Source: an uncultured delta proteobacterium
GTDB lineage: Bacteria > Desulfobacterota > Binatia > Binatales > Binataceae
Assembly (NCBI GenBank): GCA_963805315.1
Contig: CAWDTQ010000015.1
Location: 516,722 to 580,721, forward strand
Length of the DNA stretch: 64,000 bases
Reading direction: 5' to 3'
The position numbers were made by a program, and so were the translations under genes. Positions 21,596-33,255 of the stretch are shown in pieces. Position 1 is the stretch's first letter; every line of letters begins with the position of its first letter. A model generated the notes under the pieces. It ran no database searches, had not been told where the DNA came from, and saw only the letters and a list, made by a program, of their open reading frames with translations.

Positions 21596-22474
21596 ATGCC
21601 GATTGAATCAGCCATCGTCGGAAGCGCGGGTCCGCCAATGGTCAGCGAGATCGACTCGCGCTGGACGATGGCCTTTGCCGCCGCGCTCGGCGACTCGATT
21701 CCGTGTTACATGGACACCGTTCGCGGAGTAATCGCGCATCCGATGTTCCCGGTCTGTTTCGAATGGCCGGTGCAGGTCGCGATGCGTTCACAGTTCGAGC
21801 GATCCACCTCGCTCACGCGCGACGAGGCGATGCGCGGCGTGCATGCGACGCATGACGTGGAGATGCATCGCGCGATTCGGCCGCCCGAGCGGCTGACGAC
21901 GCAACTCACGGTTGCGGGTGTGGAGCGGCTCCCGCCCGGCGCGTACATCGTCACGCGGCTGGACACTGTCGACGGCGCGGGCAAGCCGGTTTGCACGAGC
22001 TGGTATGGCTCCATCTATCGCGGGGTCGAGGTAGTCGGACCCGATGTTCCCGCGAAGCTTGCACCCCCGCCGACGCAACCGATCGTCGAGGAAGGCGAGC
22101 CGATTTGGGAGAGCCAGGTCGATGTGCCGGCGGGGATGGCGCACGTGTACACGGAGTGCGCGCGAATCTTCAATCCGATCCACACTGACGCTGCGGTCGC
22201 GCGCGCGGCCGGGCTGCCCGAGATAATTCTGCACGGGACTGCGACGCTCGCGATGGCGGTGTCGCGGATCGTCGAGAGCGAAGCCTGGAAGGATCCGGCA
22301 CGAGTCGAGCGGGTCGCGGGGCGTTTCGGCGCGATGGTGACGATGCCCTCGACGCTGACGGTGCGAGTGCTGGCGCGCGACGACAGCGCGCACGGCGCGG
22401 TCATCTTCTTCGAGACGTTAAGCGGTGAAGGCCGCCTCGCAATCCGCGACGGCATGGTTCTGCTGCGCCGGTAG
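21596..22474 (+). CDS. MaoC-like (double hotdog) dehydratase family protein
   Basis: 292 aa. The C-terminal half carries IFNPIHTDAAVARAAGLPEIILHGTATLAMAV (MaoC dehydratase motif). Confidence 0.75.
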   Translation: MPIESAIVGSAGPPMVSEIDSRWTMAFAAALGDSIPCYMDTVRGVIAHPMFPVCFEWPVQVAMRSQFERSTSLTRDEAMRGVHATHDVEMHRAIRPPERLTTQLTVAGVERLPPGAYIVTRLDTVDGAGKPVCTSWYGSIYRGVEVVGPDVPAKLAPPPTQPIVEEGEPIWESQVDVPAGMAHVYTECARIFNPIHTDAAVARAAGLPEIILHGTATLAMAVSRIVESEAWKDPARVERVAGRFGAMVTMPSTLTVRVLARDDSAHGAVIFFETLSGEGRLAIRDGMVLLRR

Positions 22475-22484
22475 CTTCCTCAAT

Positions 22485-23717
22485 TCACGATTCATCCGAG
22501 GGTTTTACCGCGCGGAATTGAATCAAGAGCAGAATGTCGTAGATCGTTTTTAATGTACCCGCGCAAATCAGCGGCCATCCGAACGACGAATAATTCAGCA
22601 TCGCGCCCGCCGGCAACGGCGCCAGCGCGGATGCCAGGCTGCGCGGCACGTTGGTGACGGTTGCGGCTGCGGCGCGCTCCTCGGGCGGCACCACCGCCAT
22701 CACGTATGACTGGCGCGCGGGAACGTCCATCTGCGAGGTCGAAGAGCGCAGCAGCAGGAATGCCATCGTCAGCGCCGGCGTCGGCATCAATGCGGCGATG
22801 ATCAACATCGCGTTCGACGGCAGATGGGTGAATACCATCGTGTTGATCCGTCCGAACCGCGCCGCGAGCGCCGCCGAAATGAACTGTGAAAACGAGCCGA
22901 GGATTCCGGCCGCGAAGAAGAACGCACCCGCCGCCTGGACCGAGATGTTGAAGCGGCGAAAGAGCCACAGCGCCAGCAACGACTGGATTACGAATCCGCC
23001 GCCGAGCGAGTCCAGACTGAACAGCGCCGCCAGCCGGATCACGATCGTCCGCGACCTGGCCAGCGGCGCGGACTTGACCGGCTGGCGCTCGACTTCGATA
23101 TCCGGCGAAAGACGCAGATAAACCGCGAACGCGATTAGCGCGATAATCGAGTATGCGACGAAGCCCGACCGCAGCGCCGGCGCGAGCGCCCATCCATGCC
23201 GCGCCGCGAGGATCGCGGGTATTCCGCTGGCCAGCGCGCCAAATGCACCGGCCGTCGCGCCCGCAACATTATATAGCGCGAACATCGCGGTCAGATCGCG
23301 CGGCTCGGCGGCCTCCGCCAGCGCCGCCTGCTCGACGGGTAGAAACAGGCTGACGTCGCCGGCCGACGGGTTCAGCGTGCCGACGACGGCGACGACGAAC
23401 AGCGGCCAGAAGCTCGTTGTGGTGGCGAATCCAATTCCCGTTAACAGCATCAGCGCGCACGCCGCGAGCAGGACGCGTCGCCGCCCCAGCCGATCGGTGG
23501 CGAGACCCACCCACAGCGTCAGCGCCGCCGAGCCCAACAGTGTGCCGAACACGATTGCGCCGACCCGCAACGGACTGAATCCAATCGCCGTCAGGTAGCC
23601 CGGCAACAAAACGCTGACCGCACCGTCAGCCAGGCCGCGGAGCGCGCGCGTCGTCAGCAGCAGGCGCGCGTCGGTCGTAGCGCTCTGCGGGAACCATCGA
23701 TTGATCGGACTCAGCAA
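22485..23717 (-). CDS. MFS transporter
   Basis: 410 aa with about 12 hydrophobic helices and an MFS signature-like loop, TDRLGRRRVL. Confidence 0.85.
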   Translation of the reverse strand: MLSPINRWFPQSATTDARLLLTTRALRGLADGAVSVLLPGYLTAIGFSPLRVGAIVFGTLLGSAALTLWVGLATDRLGRRRVLLAACALMLLTGIGFATTTSFWPLFVVAVVGTLNPSAGDVSLFLPVEQAALAEAAEPRDLTAMFALYNVAGATAGAFGALASGIPAILAARHGWALAPALRSGFVAYSIIALIAFAVYLRLSPDIEVERQPVKSAPLARSRTIVIRLAALFSLDSLGGGFVIQSLLALWLFRRFNISVQAAGAFFFAAGILGSFSQFISAALAARFGRINTMVFTHLPSNAMLIIAALMPTPALTMAFLLLRSSTSQMDVPARQSYVMAVVPPEERAAAATVTNVPRSLASALAPLPAGAMLNYSSFGWPLICAGTLKTIYDILLLIQFRAVKPSDES

Positions 23718-23726
23718 TGAGGCAGG

Positions 23727-24239
23727 CTACCGAGATGCTCCTGCGGCGGCGTCCAGGCGCTTGCGAATTTCCGCGAGCATGTCCTCATCGATCCACGCGC
23801 CGTGACCATTCGGACAGGCCATCCCGGCCAATCCCGCCGAGCCCGGGGCGAGCGCGGCCTGGGCGGCCAGCTGGGAGCCGCAGTCAGGGCAATCGATCCT
23901 TTTGCGATGTTTGTGGTGCAGTTCTTCGACGAGATCGAAAACCTTTTCGCCCAGCGATACGGGGTGAATCGCAGCCGCATTTTCAAGGCGTACACGAAGC
24001 TGCTCGAGCGCTTCCCGATCGCCCCATGCGCCATGGCGGTTTGGACACGCCATTCCCCCGACGCCGACCGCTACCCGAGCATCGAGTTTCTGGCCGCATT
24101 GCGGACATGGGATCGCCTTGACGTACTTGCGCCGCAGCTTTTCCAAAATCTCCTCGTCGCGCTGATGAGCCCACTGATTTTCGCGGGCAGCCTCAGCCTG
24201 ATGGAGTTTGTCGCCAAGACGGTCTTTTTCGTCGCTCAT
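23727..24239 (-). CDS. Zinc-ribbon protein with two TFIIB-type (zf-TFIIB-like) repeats
   Basis: MSDEKDRLG… carries two CPxCG…ACPNxHGAW(I/G)D modules. Track ORF 23727-24611 extends upstream across the att repeat, and that extension is rejected. Confidence 0.65.
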   Translation of the reverse strand: MSDEKDRLGDKLHQAEAARENQWAHQRDEEILEKLRRKYVKAIPCPQCGQKLDARVAVGVGGMACPNRHGAWGDREALEQLRVRLENAAAIHPVSLGEKVFDLVEELHHKHRKRIDCPDCGSQLAAQAALAPGSAGLAGMACPNGHGAWIDEDMLAEIRKRLDAAAGASR

Positions 24240-24291
24240 AATTTCACCGCAAATTTTTGCCCGGTGCTGAACGTGTTTCGTGGATTCCCTG

Positions 24292-24334
24292 GTGAGCCGG
24301 CCGGGACTTGAACCCGGGACCCTGTGATTAAAAG
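24292..24334. repeat. att repeat (distal), a duplicated 3' half of tRNA-Lys
   Basis: gtgagccggccgggacttgaacccgggaccctgtgattaaaag is identical 43/43 to 38312-38354. It corresponds to the tRNA from the anticodon loop to one nt past the discriminator. Confidence 0.85.
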
Positions 24335-24444
24335 AAATATTTCGCGTTTGCGCAAGATTGCGCTCGGTTGCTTTCAGTCTGATTTTCATAGGCTTTTCGC
24401 TCTCGCGTTGCTCTCGGTATCGCTCGTTTGCTGAGCGTCTCGCG

Positions 24445-24470
24445 TCAAAAGCGTTACAATCTTTTACAGT
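24445..24470. repeat. Candidate integrase arm-type site (left)
   Basis: tcaaaagcgttacaatcttttacagt matches 38219-38244 at 22/26 positions in the same orientation. It contains two TTACA(A/G) half-sites and lies ~110 bp inside the island from the att core. Confidence 0.35.
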
Positions 24471-24635
24471 CGCGGGCGCAACCCGCGCTCGTCGTATGCT
24501 CTGAATATGCGCTGATTGCGCCGCGTTCTGCATCAATTTGAGTGAAGCACCCCGCGCTCCGCGGTCTTCAACGTGTGTTGATGAATCCCTTTCGCCACTT
24601 GAGTTCGGCATCGCTCGACTCTTATCATTTGATTC

Positions 24636-26102
24636 GTGAGTAGCTCGACAGAAATTCTGCTGGAAACCATTCAGAAAGGCGTAGAAGCACTAGAAGCGCG
24701 GCTTTTCGCCAAGCTGGAAGTCAACCACGACCTGAAGCGCACGCTGGTGAGTTTTCAAGCGAACAAGCAGGAACCAGTATATCGCTGGTTTAAATACAAA
24801 GAGGGATTTTCCGCAACACTACTAAATTACATTCTGGACGCCCTGAAGATATCGCGGGTAGAGTGCTCGATCCCTTTGCTGGCGTGGGCACGACGCTGTT
24901 CGTCGCCAGTCAGCGAGGTCTGGACGCCACCGGAATCGAATTGTTGCCTATTGGCTGCGAAGTGGTCGAGATTCGAAAAGAGATAATGAACGGCGGCCGC
25001 GCGCGCGCCGAGAAGTTGGTGAAACGGTGGCGCGAAGAGCGACCATGGAAAAACGCGACGGCCCGTCAGGCAAAACCGTTTCCGCATCTGAAAATCACGG
25101 GCGGGGCTTTCCCACCAGAGACAGAGGATAGTCTAGGACGTTATCTTGCAGCGGTCGAAGATGAGCGAAGCAAGAGTCACGGCGGTTGCTTCGACTAGCC
25201 GCCCACGCCGTGCTTGAGCAGGTCCGCGATACTCAAAAGATGGGCAGTACCTCCGTTGGGATTATCGTTCTGGGCGACTGCAGGGGGCTCGGCCCTTCAA
25301 CAAGGGTCACATCAAGCCTTTCGATGATGCAATCGAGGAAAAGCTGAGGGAGATGTATGCCGACCCAGGCGCGCGGAACGGGCTCTTCGACCTGCCTCCG
25401 CAACCAGAAGAGTTGGGCGATATCGAAGTGCTCAGGGGTTCGTGCCTCAAGATTTTGCCGACTCTCGATAGCGCTTCTTTTGATTGCCTGATTACCTCGC
25501 CGCCTTATTGCAACCGTTACGACTACACCCGCACTTACGCGCTCGAACTGGCGTTGCTCGGCGTAGACGAGGAAGGATTACGGTCGCTTCGCCAGGAAAT
25601 GATGTCCTGCACGGTGGAAAATCGAGACAAGCTCGGTTTGGAAGCGATGTTTTCGCCGGGGATTTACGCGCCCGCTGTAGCCGCATTCCAAGAGCAGCAG
25701 GAAATACAGACCATCGTGCGCTATCTCGAACAGCGCCGGGACAACAAGCAAATCAACAATTCCGGTATTCCCCGTATGGTTCGAAATTACTTCTTCGAAA
25801 TGTCGCTGATTCTCTTCGAGTGTGCGCGCGTGTTAAGACCTGGCGCGCCGTTCGTCATGGTGAATGATAACGTCCGGTACAAAGGTGCAAACATTCCCGT
25901 AGACCTGATTCTGTCGGAAATCGCTAGCAAAGCTGGCCTGGAGCTCGAAAAAATTTGGGTGTTGCCGAACGGGAAAGGAAACAGTAGCCAGCAGATGGGC
26001 GAGCATGGTCGAGAGGAGATGAGAAAGTGCGTCTACATCTGGCGCCGTTCTAGAGCCCGACAAGCCAAGCAGCGAGGTCGGCAAGCTGCTCTGGTACAGT
26101 GA
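24636..26102 (+). pseudogene. DNA methyltransferase (N6-A/N4-C type, SPPY motif), about 2 frameshifts as sequenced
   Basis: AdoMet motif I (VLDPFAGVGTTLFVASQRGLDATGIE) is in ORF 24863-25198. Catalytic motif IV ([13 protein letters not shown]) is in ORF 25353-26102. The linker …[15 protein letters not shown]… is readable upstream of 25353 in the same frame, and the N-terminus is in ORF 24636-24986. Confidence 0.75.
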
Positions 26103-26946
26103 GATTCGCAGCATACGTCAATTTCTGGCTCTGAAGTTGCTCGAAAATCTCTTTCGCCATAGCCGGCGCTATCGCAGCACCTACAAGAAACAGCGGCGGC
26201 GGAATATGGTCTTTGAAAGAGACTCGGATTCTGTCAAGCGCGCTGTTGGCGGTTTTCCAACGCTCGTCTGCGGCGGCGGGATCAATCCCTCCCTTAAGCT
26301 CGCCGCACGCTAAGTATTGATTAGGATCTGCAAAGAGTTCTGAATCTGCGAGTTCAGCCCCCAATGAATCGTCGAGCAGGATAACATCGACATTCTTTCC
26401 GATGATTTTAGGTGTTCTGTCGAACAGCAGTCGTCTTTTTCTCCACCGAATCCGCTGAACCTTGTCGTTGTCTCCCCGGAGAGGTTCAGGTTCGACCCCC
26501 ATCGCTTGAGCGCGCCCAATAACGCGCGTGTCAACTGAATGCTGGCGTGCGCACCAGTCAAGTTGCCCATGCTGCCGCCCAAAGCAGCCCCCATGGTCAA
26601 CAGATAGCGGTACACAATTTCTTCGCGGAAGTCGCTCCCGGCTGAAGCTGAAGAAAATCTTCTCGAAGACTTCGGAGACTGCCGCATCCAATTCAGCATC
26701 AGAGAGGTGGCCTCGCGCTTTTGCGGAGAAACCGGCGGCTGCAATCAGGTCACTGCGAAATTCCTTCAATTTGAGGAGTGACTCGACATTGGCAACCTTA
26801 TGTAGCGCGGCGAGCAAAAGTTTGGCTTGACCAACAACCGGCGCCGCCTTCTGCGTTTTCGCCTGCGCTTGCGATAGGAATCCCTCACAAACGGCGCGAT
26901 GCGATGTAACCAAATCCGAGGGTTTCTGAATATGCGGTGGCAGCAT
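26050..26946 (-). pseudogene. Putative type II restriction endonuclease (PD-(D/E)xK-like), internal frameshifts as sequenced
   Basis: It is convergent with the methyltransferase. A candidate catalytic region is …VDVILLDD…ACGELKGGIDPAAADERWKTA…. The middle third reads better in the frame of ORF 26310-26744 (REEIVYRYLLTMGAALGGSMGNLTG). The family assignment (XamI-like) is only a guess. Confidence 0.5.
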
Positions 26947-27061
26947 GCGGTGTGATTCTAGGCCTCGGCGAGATGACGTGCCATCTCACTTCGGCCAGGG
27001 TCAGAGAAAAGAAAGAAGTCGCCGAACTGCTATCGGCGCGTACGGTGGGCTCAGCTACTCT

Positions 27062-27640
27062 TTAGGCGATTGACGTGCCCTTCTTCTTCGGGGATTGCTT
27101 GATAGGGACAACCTTCCCAGTGCCCGCCATCTTCGCTTTCTTCCGTTCCTCGAAGCTCACTTCCTTGGATTCGCGCTGGACCTCTTGGTAAGCGGTGAGC
27201 CACTTTGAGTCTGTAATTTTTTTTGCGATGCGCAGTTGCTCGACCACCGTCGTCGGGTGCACGAGCAGGACGTAAGCGGACTTTTGTCCACCAATGCCAA
27301 CGACCTTGATGAAGCCTTGGTCCTCCAATACCTGCATATGTTCCCGCCAAGTTCGAAGAGCACGATTACTATGGTGTCCGGCGGCGTATGCGTGCTGTCC
27401 CTCGTGTTTCATTTCGATGACGCCTTGACCCCAATGTCGTGATAGCAATTCGAGATACGTCTTCGACGGCTGATGCCCGCCGCTGACGGCCTTCGAGTCC
27501 AGGAGGTCCAGTATCAGAGGCAACGTGCGGGAGGCTGAGAACCAACCGGACTTCTCCTCCGGCCCAAGCCAGGCTTCTGCGTTGGGCCAGTAATTTTTGC
27601 GAAGCTGTTGTCGACGCTGATTTATGCCGAATTTCTTCAT
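27062..27640 (-). CDS. Hypothetical protein (possible winged-helix DNA-binding protein)
   Basis: MKKFGINQRRQQLRKNYWP… is 192 aa with a basic C-terminal tail. The upstream 166 aa of track ORF 27062-28138 are not protein-like. Confidence 0.45.
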   Translation of the reverse strand: MKKFGINQRRQQLRKNYWPNAEAWLGPEEKSGWFSASRTLPLILDLLDSKAVSGGHQPSKTYLELLSRHWGQGVIEMKHEGQHAYAAGHHSNRALRTWREHMQVLEDQGFIKVVGIGGQKSAYVLLVHPTTVVEQLRIAKKITDSKWLTAYQEVQRESKEVSFEERKKAKMAGTGKVVPIKQSPKKKGTSIA

Positions 27641-28162
27641 TTCTAAAAGCCTCGAATCGGTAGGGCGACGAGCGCGCGTTCCGCCGTTCCTACCTCGCTG
27701 GCCGCCCACAACCCCATGTCGCGTTCGGTTTAGCGATAGTACGATTATCGGTGCCGTTCGGCCTCTAATCAACGTTTTCGGTGGCTCCTGGCGGGCAATT
27801 TGTTCCGCAAGCAATCGCGGTCGTTGCGGCGAGTGCCCGCGTCCACTCTCCGCGAAGGAGCGCCAAAACGCGGCTGACGAATGTGAACCGGCGCTACAAC
27901 GCCCGTTCAGAATGCACAGACCTCCGAAAGCTACGCGATTGAGGGGAAGTTTTTTCAGAAATTCGGCAGGCGGGGTGTCCCGGTGTTCTATGTGTGAAGG
28001 GTATCCCGTTTTCCCGCTTTCCATGTGTCGAGTTATCCCTTTGGGTCGCGAATCGAAATCGCTGCCGTCGTCTCGTTTCGTCGCCACCACGTTCCGGCAG
28101 AAGTGAAACCCACAGGGGAAGGTTTGCTTGAAATGCATCGTCAGTCAACGCTCAGACGAGCC

Positions 28163-29835
28163 TCAGGCGGCGCGCTCGCGTCTTTGCAGCGATTCGAGCG
28201 CTTGTGGGGAACGACGCCCTACAGGGCGGCTCAGCAGCGGGAGATGTCTATATCTCGCCGCCCTGGTCGCATGCCTCGAATTTCTCCCTGCTCGATATTC
28301 TGCGCGAGAATCTTCGATAACGGCGCTGTGCTGACGCTCTCGACGCGCACGCCCGAAATCGGGAATCTCTCTTTGCTCGCGCAAGCGCGCTTCGCCGCGA
28401 GCGCGCCACGCAGCGACAGGCGAAGCGAACGAAAACCCGAAGAGCGGACGAATCGTCGTCTTGCTGCGACCCTCTTGCTTCGCAGCGCCGAGCGCGGCTT
28501 GCGCAAGCGCGACCACCACGTCGATTTTGTGGCTGGCTTTTTCCTTGGTGATGCGCCAGCCGCGACCGCTCTCGATTCCGACCGCACGCGATATTGCGAG
28601 CCGCAGCGCAGGGTCGGGATAGACGGTGAGATTGCGACCCTGAATTAAATCGTAAAGGTTGCTCGACGCTTCTGTCAGATTGCCGACCGATTGGGGAAAT
28701 TCCACCATCGGCACGCGCGCCTTCTGCAAGCGCTGAGCCACGGCGACAAGCTGATACGGGTCGTAAAACACTTGCCGAACGTAAAACGAGCGGCACAGGT
28801 CAAGCAGCGTTCTCTCGACTGTCTGCTCGAAGTCGAGCGGGTTGTCGGGCGATGGCTGAAAGATGGAATGCTTGACGACGCGAACGCGCTTCGTACTTCG
28901 GTCATAGGCGGGCGGCAACAATCGCGGTGGAGTCGTGCTTGTACGACGCATCCACGCCGACCCATACCGACTAACCTCGGGCTGCACGACGATGGGTCGT
29001 ATCTCGGACATCGACGCACGCGCCCACTTCTCCCAATTCGATGAACGATAGACTCGGTAGTGACCCATCGATTCTCAATCATTCGCAAGAACTGATTCGT
29101 GCGCAGCGATGCGCGCATCTGCTCGCGCCACTCTTCGGTTTGCCACGGCGCGCGCAGTTCGTTTGTCCAATAGCAAAGCAATCCGTCGTCTGTCGCGAGC
29201 AAGTCAGTGCCGATTTTCCTTCCGCCTTGCCCTCGTTTGTAGAGGTCTTCGAGCAGTTCGGATTCATTCTCGAATCCGGCATACGTCACAGTGAGTCTCG
29301 CGCTCACTTTGCGCGTCGGTGGCGGGACCATTTCGTCCCACAGTCTGCGCGACCGCTCTGAGGTAAATGCCCACAATTCATCGAACACCGAGATGGTAGG
29401 ATTCGCCCCCGCTGCGCCCGCGTAGTCATTCGCGACAGCAGTAATCGAAGCCCCAGTCGAAGTGAAATCAATTCGATTGACGCCTACACGCGCTCCGGCG
29501 CGCGAGCAGAGGCGATGCCCGCACGATGCGAGCAGTCGCTTGGTACACTCTGCCCGTGCTCTGGTCGAGGTCGTTCGCGAGACAGTAGCCCTCAGCATAC
29601 GGGCCGCCGAGCGCGACGATGACGTACAAGAGCGCCATCGCGGCGAAACCTGTCTTGCCTGACTTCTCGGGCCTGCTGAACAGAAAGTTCAGGGTATGGC
29701 AGTCTCCCCATCGCTCGTCAGAGTCAGCGCGCGACGCAGAAATTCGATTTCCTCGGCGTAGAGAGCGAACGGCGCGCCAGTCTCAGGGTTTATTAAGACG
29801 CCCTCGATGGAAGCAATTGGCGTGAGCTTCGCCAT
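28163..29835 (-). pseudogene. Phage terminase large subunit (Terminase_1-like), multiply frameshifted
   Basis: The N-terminal ATPase part (…LLFS.P.KSGKTGFAAMALLYVIVALGG…) and the nuclease part (YDPYQLVAVAQRLQKARVPMVEFPQSVGNLTEASSNLYDLI…KASHKIDVVVALAQA) are spread over at least 3 frames. ATG at 29835 (MAKLTPIASIEG…). Confidence 0.7.
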
Positions 29836-29934
29836 TCAGCGAGACGCGCTGTTATTTCTTTCTGCTTCGTCACCCTACTTGCTTGCCGCCGTCTGCCCTG
29901 TCTGCCGGTCAGCCAGCAAACCCGCAGCAACTTG

Positions 29935-30649
29935 TTAAACCGATTTTGTCGCACGGCCTGACGCGATTTTCGAGCGACGAATAATCAAGTCGTACTCTGC
30001 GAGCAGAGCACTGACTTTCCTGGCGTCGCTAGGCACTGAGGCAATCAGCAGATTCAGTTCAGCTTTCACCTCACGCGATAGCGCGCGCGGGTCTGCGCTC
30101 GACAAGTCTGTGCGCGTGTTCATCTCGTCTGCGATACAACCCGCCGTTGCCGAGTCAGAAGTCTGCAACCGCGCTGCGCGCTGCTTCGACAAGCGCAGAC
30201 GCAGAGAGACGAGAGTAGTTGAGCCGTGACTGCCAGACGCGTTGAAGCGTCGCCGTCGCGAGTGCCGGCGAATTGCGCGCGCTGCAAGACACTTTGCCAT
30301 GGCGGGCAGCGTTCGTGCTTGCCTGTGCAAGAAGACCCGCGTTCTCAGTCAACTTCGCGAGCAGCGCATCCAGCTCTTCGTTCGCGTGCGCTTCGGCATT
30401 TTTTTTCAGTTGCTTGACAAGTTCGGGGTGCAAAGTCGGGCCACTGCGCGCTTTGTCGATTGCCTTGTCCCGTTTCGCGAGCGCGTCTGTGATTTGGGAT
30501 TCGACTTTGCGCGCGAGTTTAACGTTCGTCTCGATGACTGCTACGTCGAGCAGCTTCGTCACTGGCTGCGAGATGCGAGTAGTCGCGCCAATCTTTTCGC
30601 CGTCTTGTATGCGCTCGACGCCTGCCTTGATTTTGTCTGTGCTGGCCAT
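29935..30649 (-). pseudogene. Hypothetical island protein (helical/coiled-coil-like), frameshifted
   Basis: MASTDKIKAGVERIQDGEK…LDALLAKLTENAGLLAQ… is in one frame. A C-terminal part (…DPRALSREVKAELNLLIASVPSDARKVSALLAEYDLII…) is in the frame of ORF 29935-30330. Confidence 0.4.
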
Positions 30650-30669
30650 GGTTTTCTTTTCTCCCTTGG

Positions 30670-30972
30670 TTAAAGTTCGTCTTCTTCTGAGTCGAGCGGT
30701 TTTTCGAGTCTGTAAAATCTGCCTCGTTTGAAGTGCAGCACGACAGGGCCGTGAATCGCGGCAATTGCGCACAAGTGTGCGACAGCCTCGCGAAAGCCAG
30801 GCTGCTTGCGCGCTTCGCGCATGAGGTCTTCTGCGACGATTTCGTCTGCGTGGCGGTCGTACTCTTCTGAGCAAGCTGCGCAGCAGACTTCATCGCTCGC
30901 GACTTTCGTGCGGCAGATTGCGCACTTGCCCTTACGTCGCGGAGGGTGTTTGTACTCAGGTGTTGTCTTCAC
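30670..30972 (-). CDS. Small Cys-rich (zinc-ribbon-like) hypothetical protein
   Basis: 100 aa containing CAICRTKV…CCAAC. It lies in the minus-strand island operon. Confidence 0.4.
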   Translation of the reverse strand: MKTTPEYKHPPRRKGKCAICRTKVASDEVCCAACSEEYDRHADEIVAEDLMREARKQPGFREAVAHLCAIAAIHGPVVLHFKRGRFYRLEKPLDSEEDEL

Positions 30973-31289
30973 TTCGCGTTCTTGCTCCTACATGTCTTGG
31001 TTAGGTCGTTTCGGGGGCTACCCAAACGCATCGCGCAAATGGGCAGCCCCCTTGGCAGGTGCCCATCCGAGAGAAGGAGGAAGCCCGGATAGTTGTCGCG
31101 GTCAGACGACGTGCACCTCATGTTAATCGTTTTCATCTTCGATGTAGCCGCCGCTTCATCCGTTGTTGTTGATGTTGGCGACGTTGACGAAACTTCTTGT
31201 AGGGTCTTCACGCTCAAATCCCCATGCTCTTGTAGGAGTAACCAGTCCCTCTGCGCCATTTCTCGACGTTGCGAAAGCATAAGTCGAAC

Positions 31290-33153
31290 TCAGTGCCCGT
31301 TGTTGTGCTGCTTCGGGCCGCCTGACGGGAATCTTGCGGTCTCGGCGTATTTGCCCAGAAGTCTCCCAATCTCCACTGCTGGAGTGCTCTGGTCGCCGTC
31401 GTTCGCGTGCCTTGCGTTGTAGCGCGCTGCAATCGACTTGGAACTTTCTAAAAGTTGCACGGCGTTGGCTCGCCTGCGAAATGAGAACATCGCATCATAA
31501 GAAACGATGCACTCGTGACGAAGTTCGCGACTTGGGAGCGCGCGATTCGTTCAGCTTTTGCTTCGCGTCAGACATCGGCGCGATAGCGTACGGCTCGAAG
31601 CTCGCGCAATCGACTTCGTTGGCCAGGTACCACGGAATCGCGTTGCGCCCGCGCTCGCTCATGTACATTGCACCGAAAGCTTTGCTCAGCGGCGTCGATT
31701 CCAGTCATGACGTGAATGACGCCGAACCGACGGTCGTCCGCTTCTAGGGAAACAGGCACAATGTCATTCGAGACGAATAAATAGTTTGCAATTCCTCGAG
31801 CGTGTAGGTCGGCTGACTCTTTGATTGACCGTCAATTGCGCTTGCGTGATGAGGCCCTTGATGTAGTTCATCTCAGCGCGCTTGTGCGTCGAAGTAATTT
31901 CATCTGCGAGAATGAACTGTCGATGCGGCAGCCAGTCGTTGAACTGCGATTTCAAGTCCGCTTGTTTTATCTCGCTGAAATTCGCGCTCCCATACACTTC
32001 GCGCATTGCGTAGCCGAGCATCGTCTTGCCTGCGCTCGGCGCGCCGTGAATGAGCAGGGCATTGCTGAGCTTCACGCCCGGATTTTCTCAATCGATACGC
32101 GAGCCACTGCTCCACCCACGTGCGCATTTCTTTTTCAGCGTCGGCGCAAAAGTGGTCCAGCACTTCGCGAAACAGTTTTGCGTCAGCAGCGTTTCTTGCG
32201 CGGCGCTGCTGCGCCCCAGCCCTTCCAGAGATTTGACGAACCGTCGCCGAAGTCCGCGCGACGCGCCCTGAGCGCGCGCGGCTGATACACGAGCTTCGTA
32301 GTGCGCGAGTGCATGCGCCACTTGAGTCATCCGCGCTGCTGCTTCGACTTCTTTGACTTGGCGCTGATTGACGGATAAATCGGACGGGTGGCGCTTCTTG
32401 CAGTCGAAAGTCCGAGCGAAGAGCGTGTTGTCTTCAAAGCGCAGTATTGTGCTTGGCTGTTTGAGCACCGAATAGGCGTCGTTGAGCGCCCACAGTTCTT
32501 GATTCAACTCGAACGGCTTCTTTTCGAACTCCTTGAAATTGTCAACGCCGTTGACGAGATAATCGTCGAGCCCGATTTTCCGATCGACTTCTCGGCGGTA
32601 GCTCGATTTGAAAGACGCGCGCTCCCTCTTTAGTCAGTTCGCGCGCTAGGGCATGAAGCGCGCCTTGAAGAGACGCACGACCCGCGACCTCGGCATCGTA
32701 CACGATTACAACTTCGCGATTTTCCGACTTGATATTTTTGAGGTCGGGAATCAGATTGACTTGCGCCTTTCTCGACTTCCAGTTCCAGACGCCGCCGACA
32801 CCGGCGCACGTCAGACCCATGAGACAAGCCTTGGCAGACTTTTTTTCTCGCTCCTCTGTCATCCAGATTTCGAGCGTCGGGTCGTCGGCGACTTGCTGCC
32901 ATGTGAGGCTCTTCAACAGCGGCGGCATGTAAAGACGCGGGATTGAATCTTCTGGCTGCCAGTAACGAAAGCCCTTAAGCGCTTTGTTGTCCGTTGCTGT
33001 ATCGCCCTGATCAAGCTGCAAGCGACGCAGACGAAAGTAGAGCGGGTCTATCGAACCGTCGAGATTGAAGTAAGGTAGCTTGTAGCCTGGGTCGAGGATT
33101 GCCTCTTTCGACAACGCGAACATCGAGTCGGCAACGAGCGGTTGCACGCGCAT
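31290..33153 (-). pseudogene. Primase-helicase (DUF3854/Toprim-like N-domain + D5/P4-type P-loop NTPase), multiply frameshifted
   Basis: The N-terminal part is in ORF 32542-33153 (…IWMTEEREKKSAKACLMGLTCAGVGGVWNW…VVIVYDAEV…). The P-loop part is in ORF 31764-32075 (LLIHGAPSAGKTMLG…FILADEI). The C-terminal …SLEADDRRFGVIHV… is in ORF 31568-31759. Confidence 0.7.
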
Positions 33154-33255
33154 GCGAAGCGCCTCCGCACGTTTGATGCCTGAGCGTCACTAAGTCTGCA
33201 AACATCGCACGAAGCAACGGCGAATTGCTTTCGCCCGCCATCTTACTTCTTGCCG

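Noticed and set aside
24240-24611. Upstream extension of ORF 23727-24611, which would make a 294-aa protein
   Set aside because: The extension crosses the 43-bp att/tRNA fragment and island-end non-coding DNA and is not protein-like. The zinc-ribbon protein starts at the ATG at 24239.
27641-28138. N-terminal 166 aa of ORF 27062-28138, and plus-strand ORF 27624-28106
   Set aside because: There is no family-like sequence and the composition is atypical. It is probably decayed non-coding DNA between terL and the 192-aa gene. No function can be supported.
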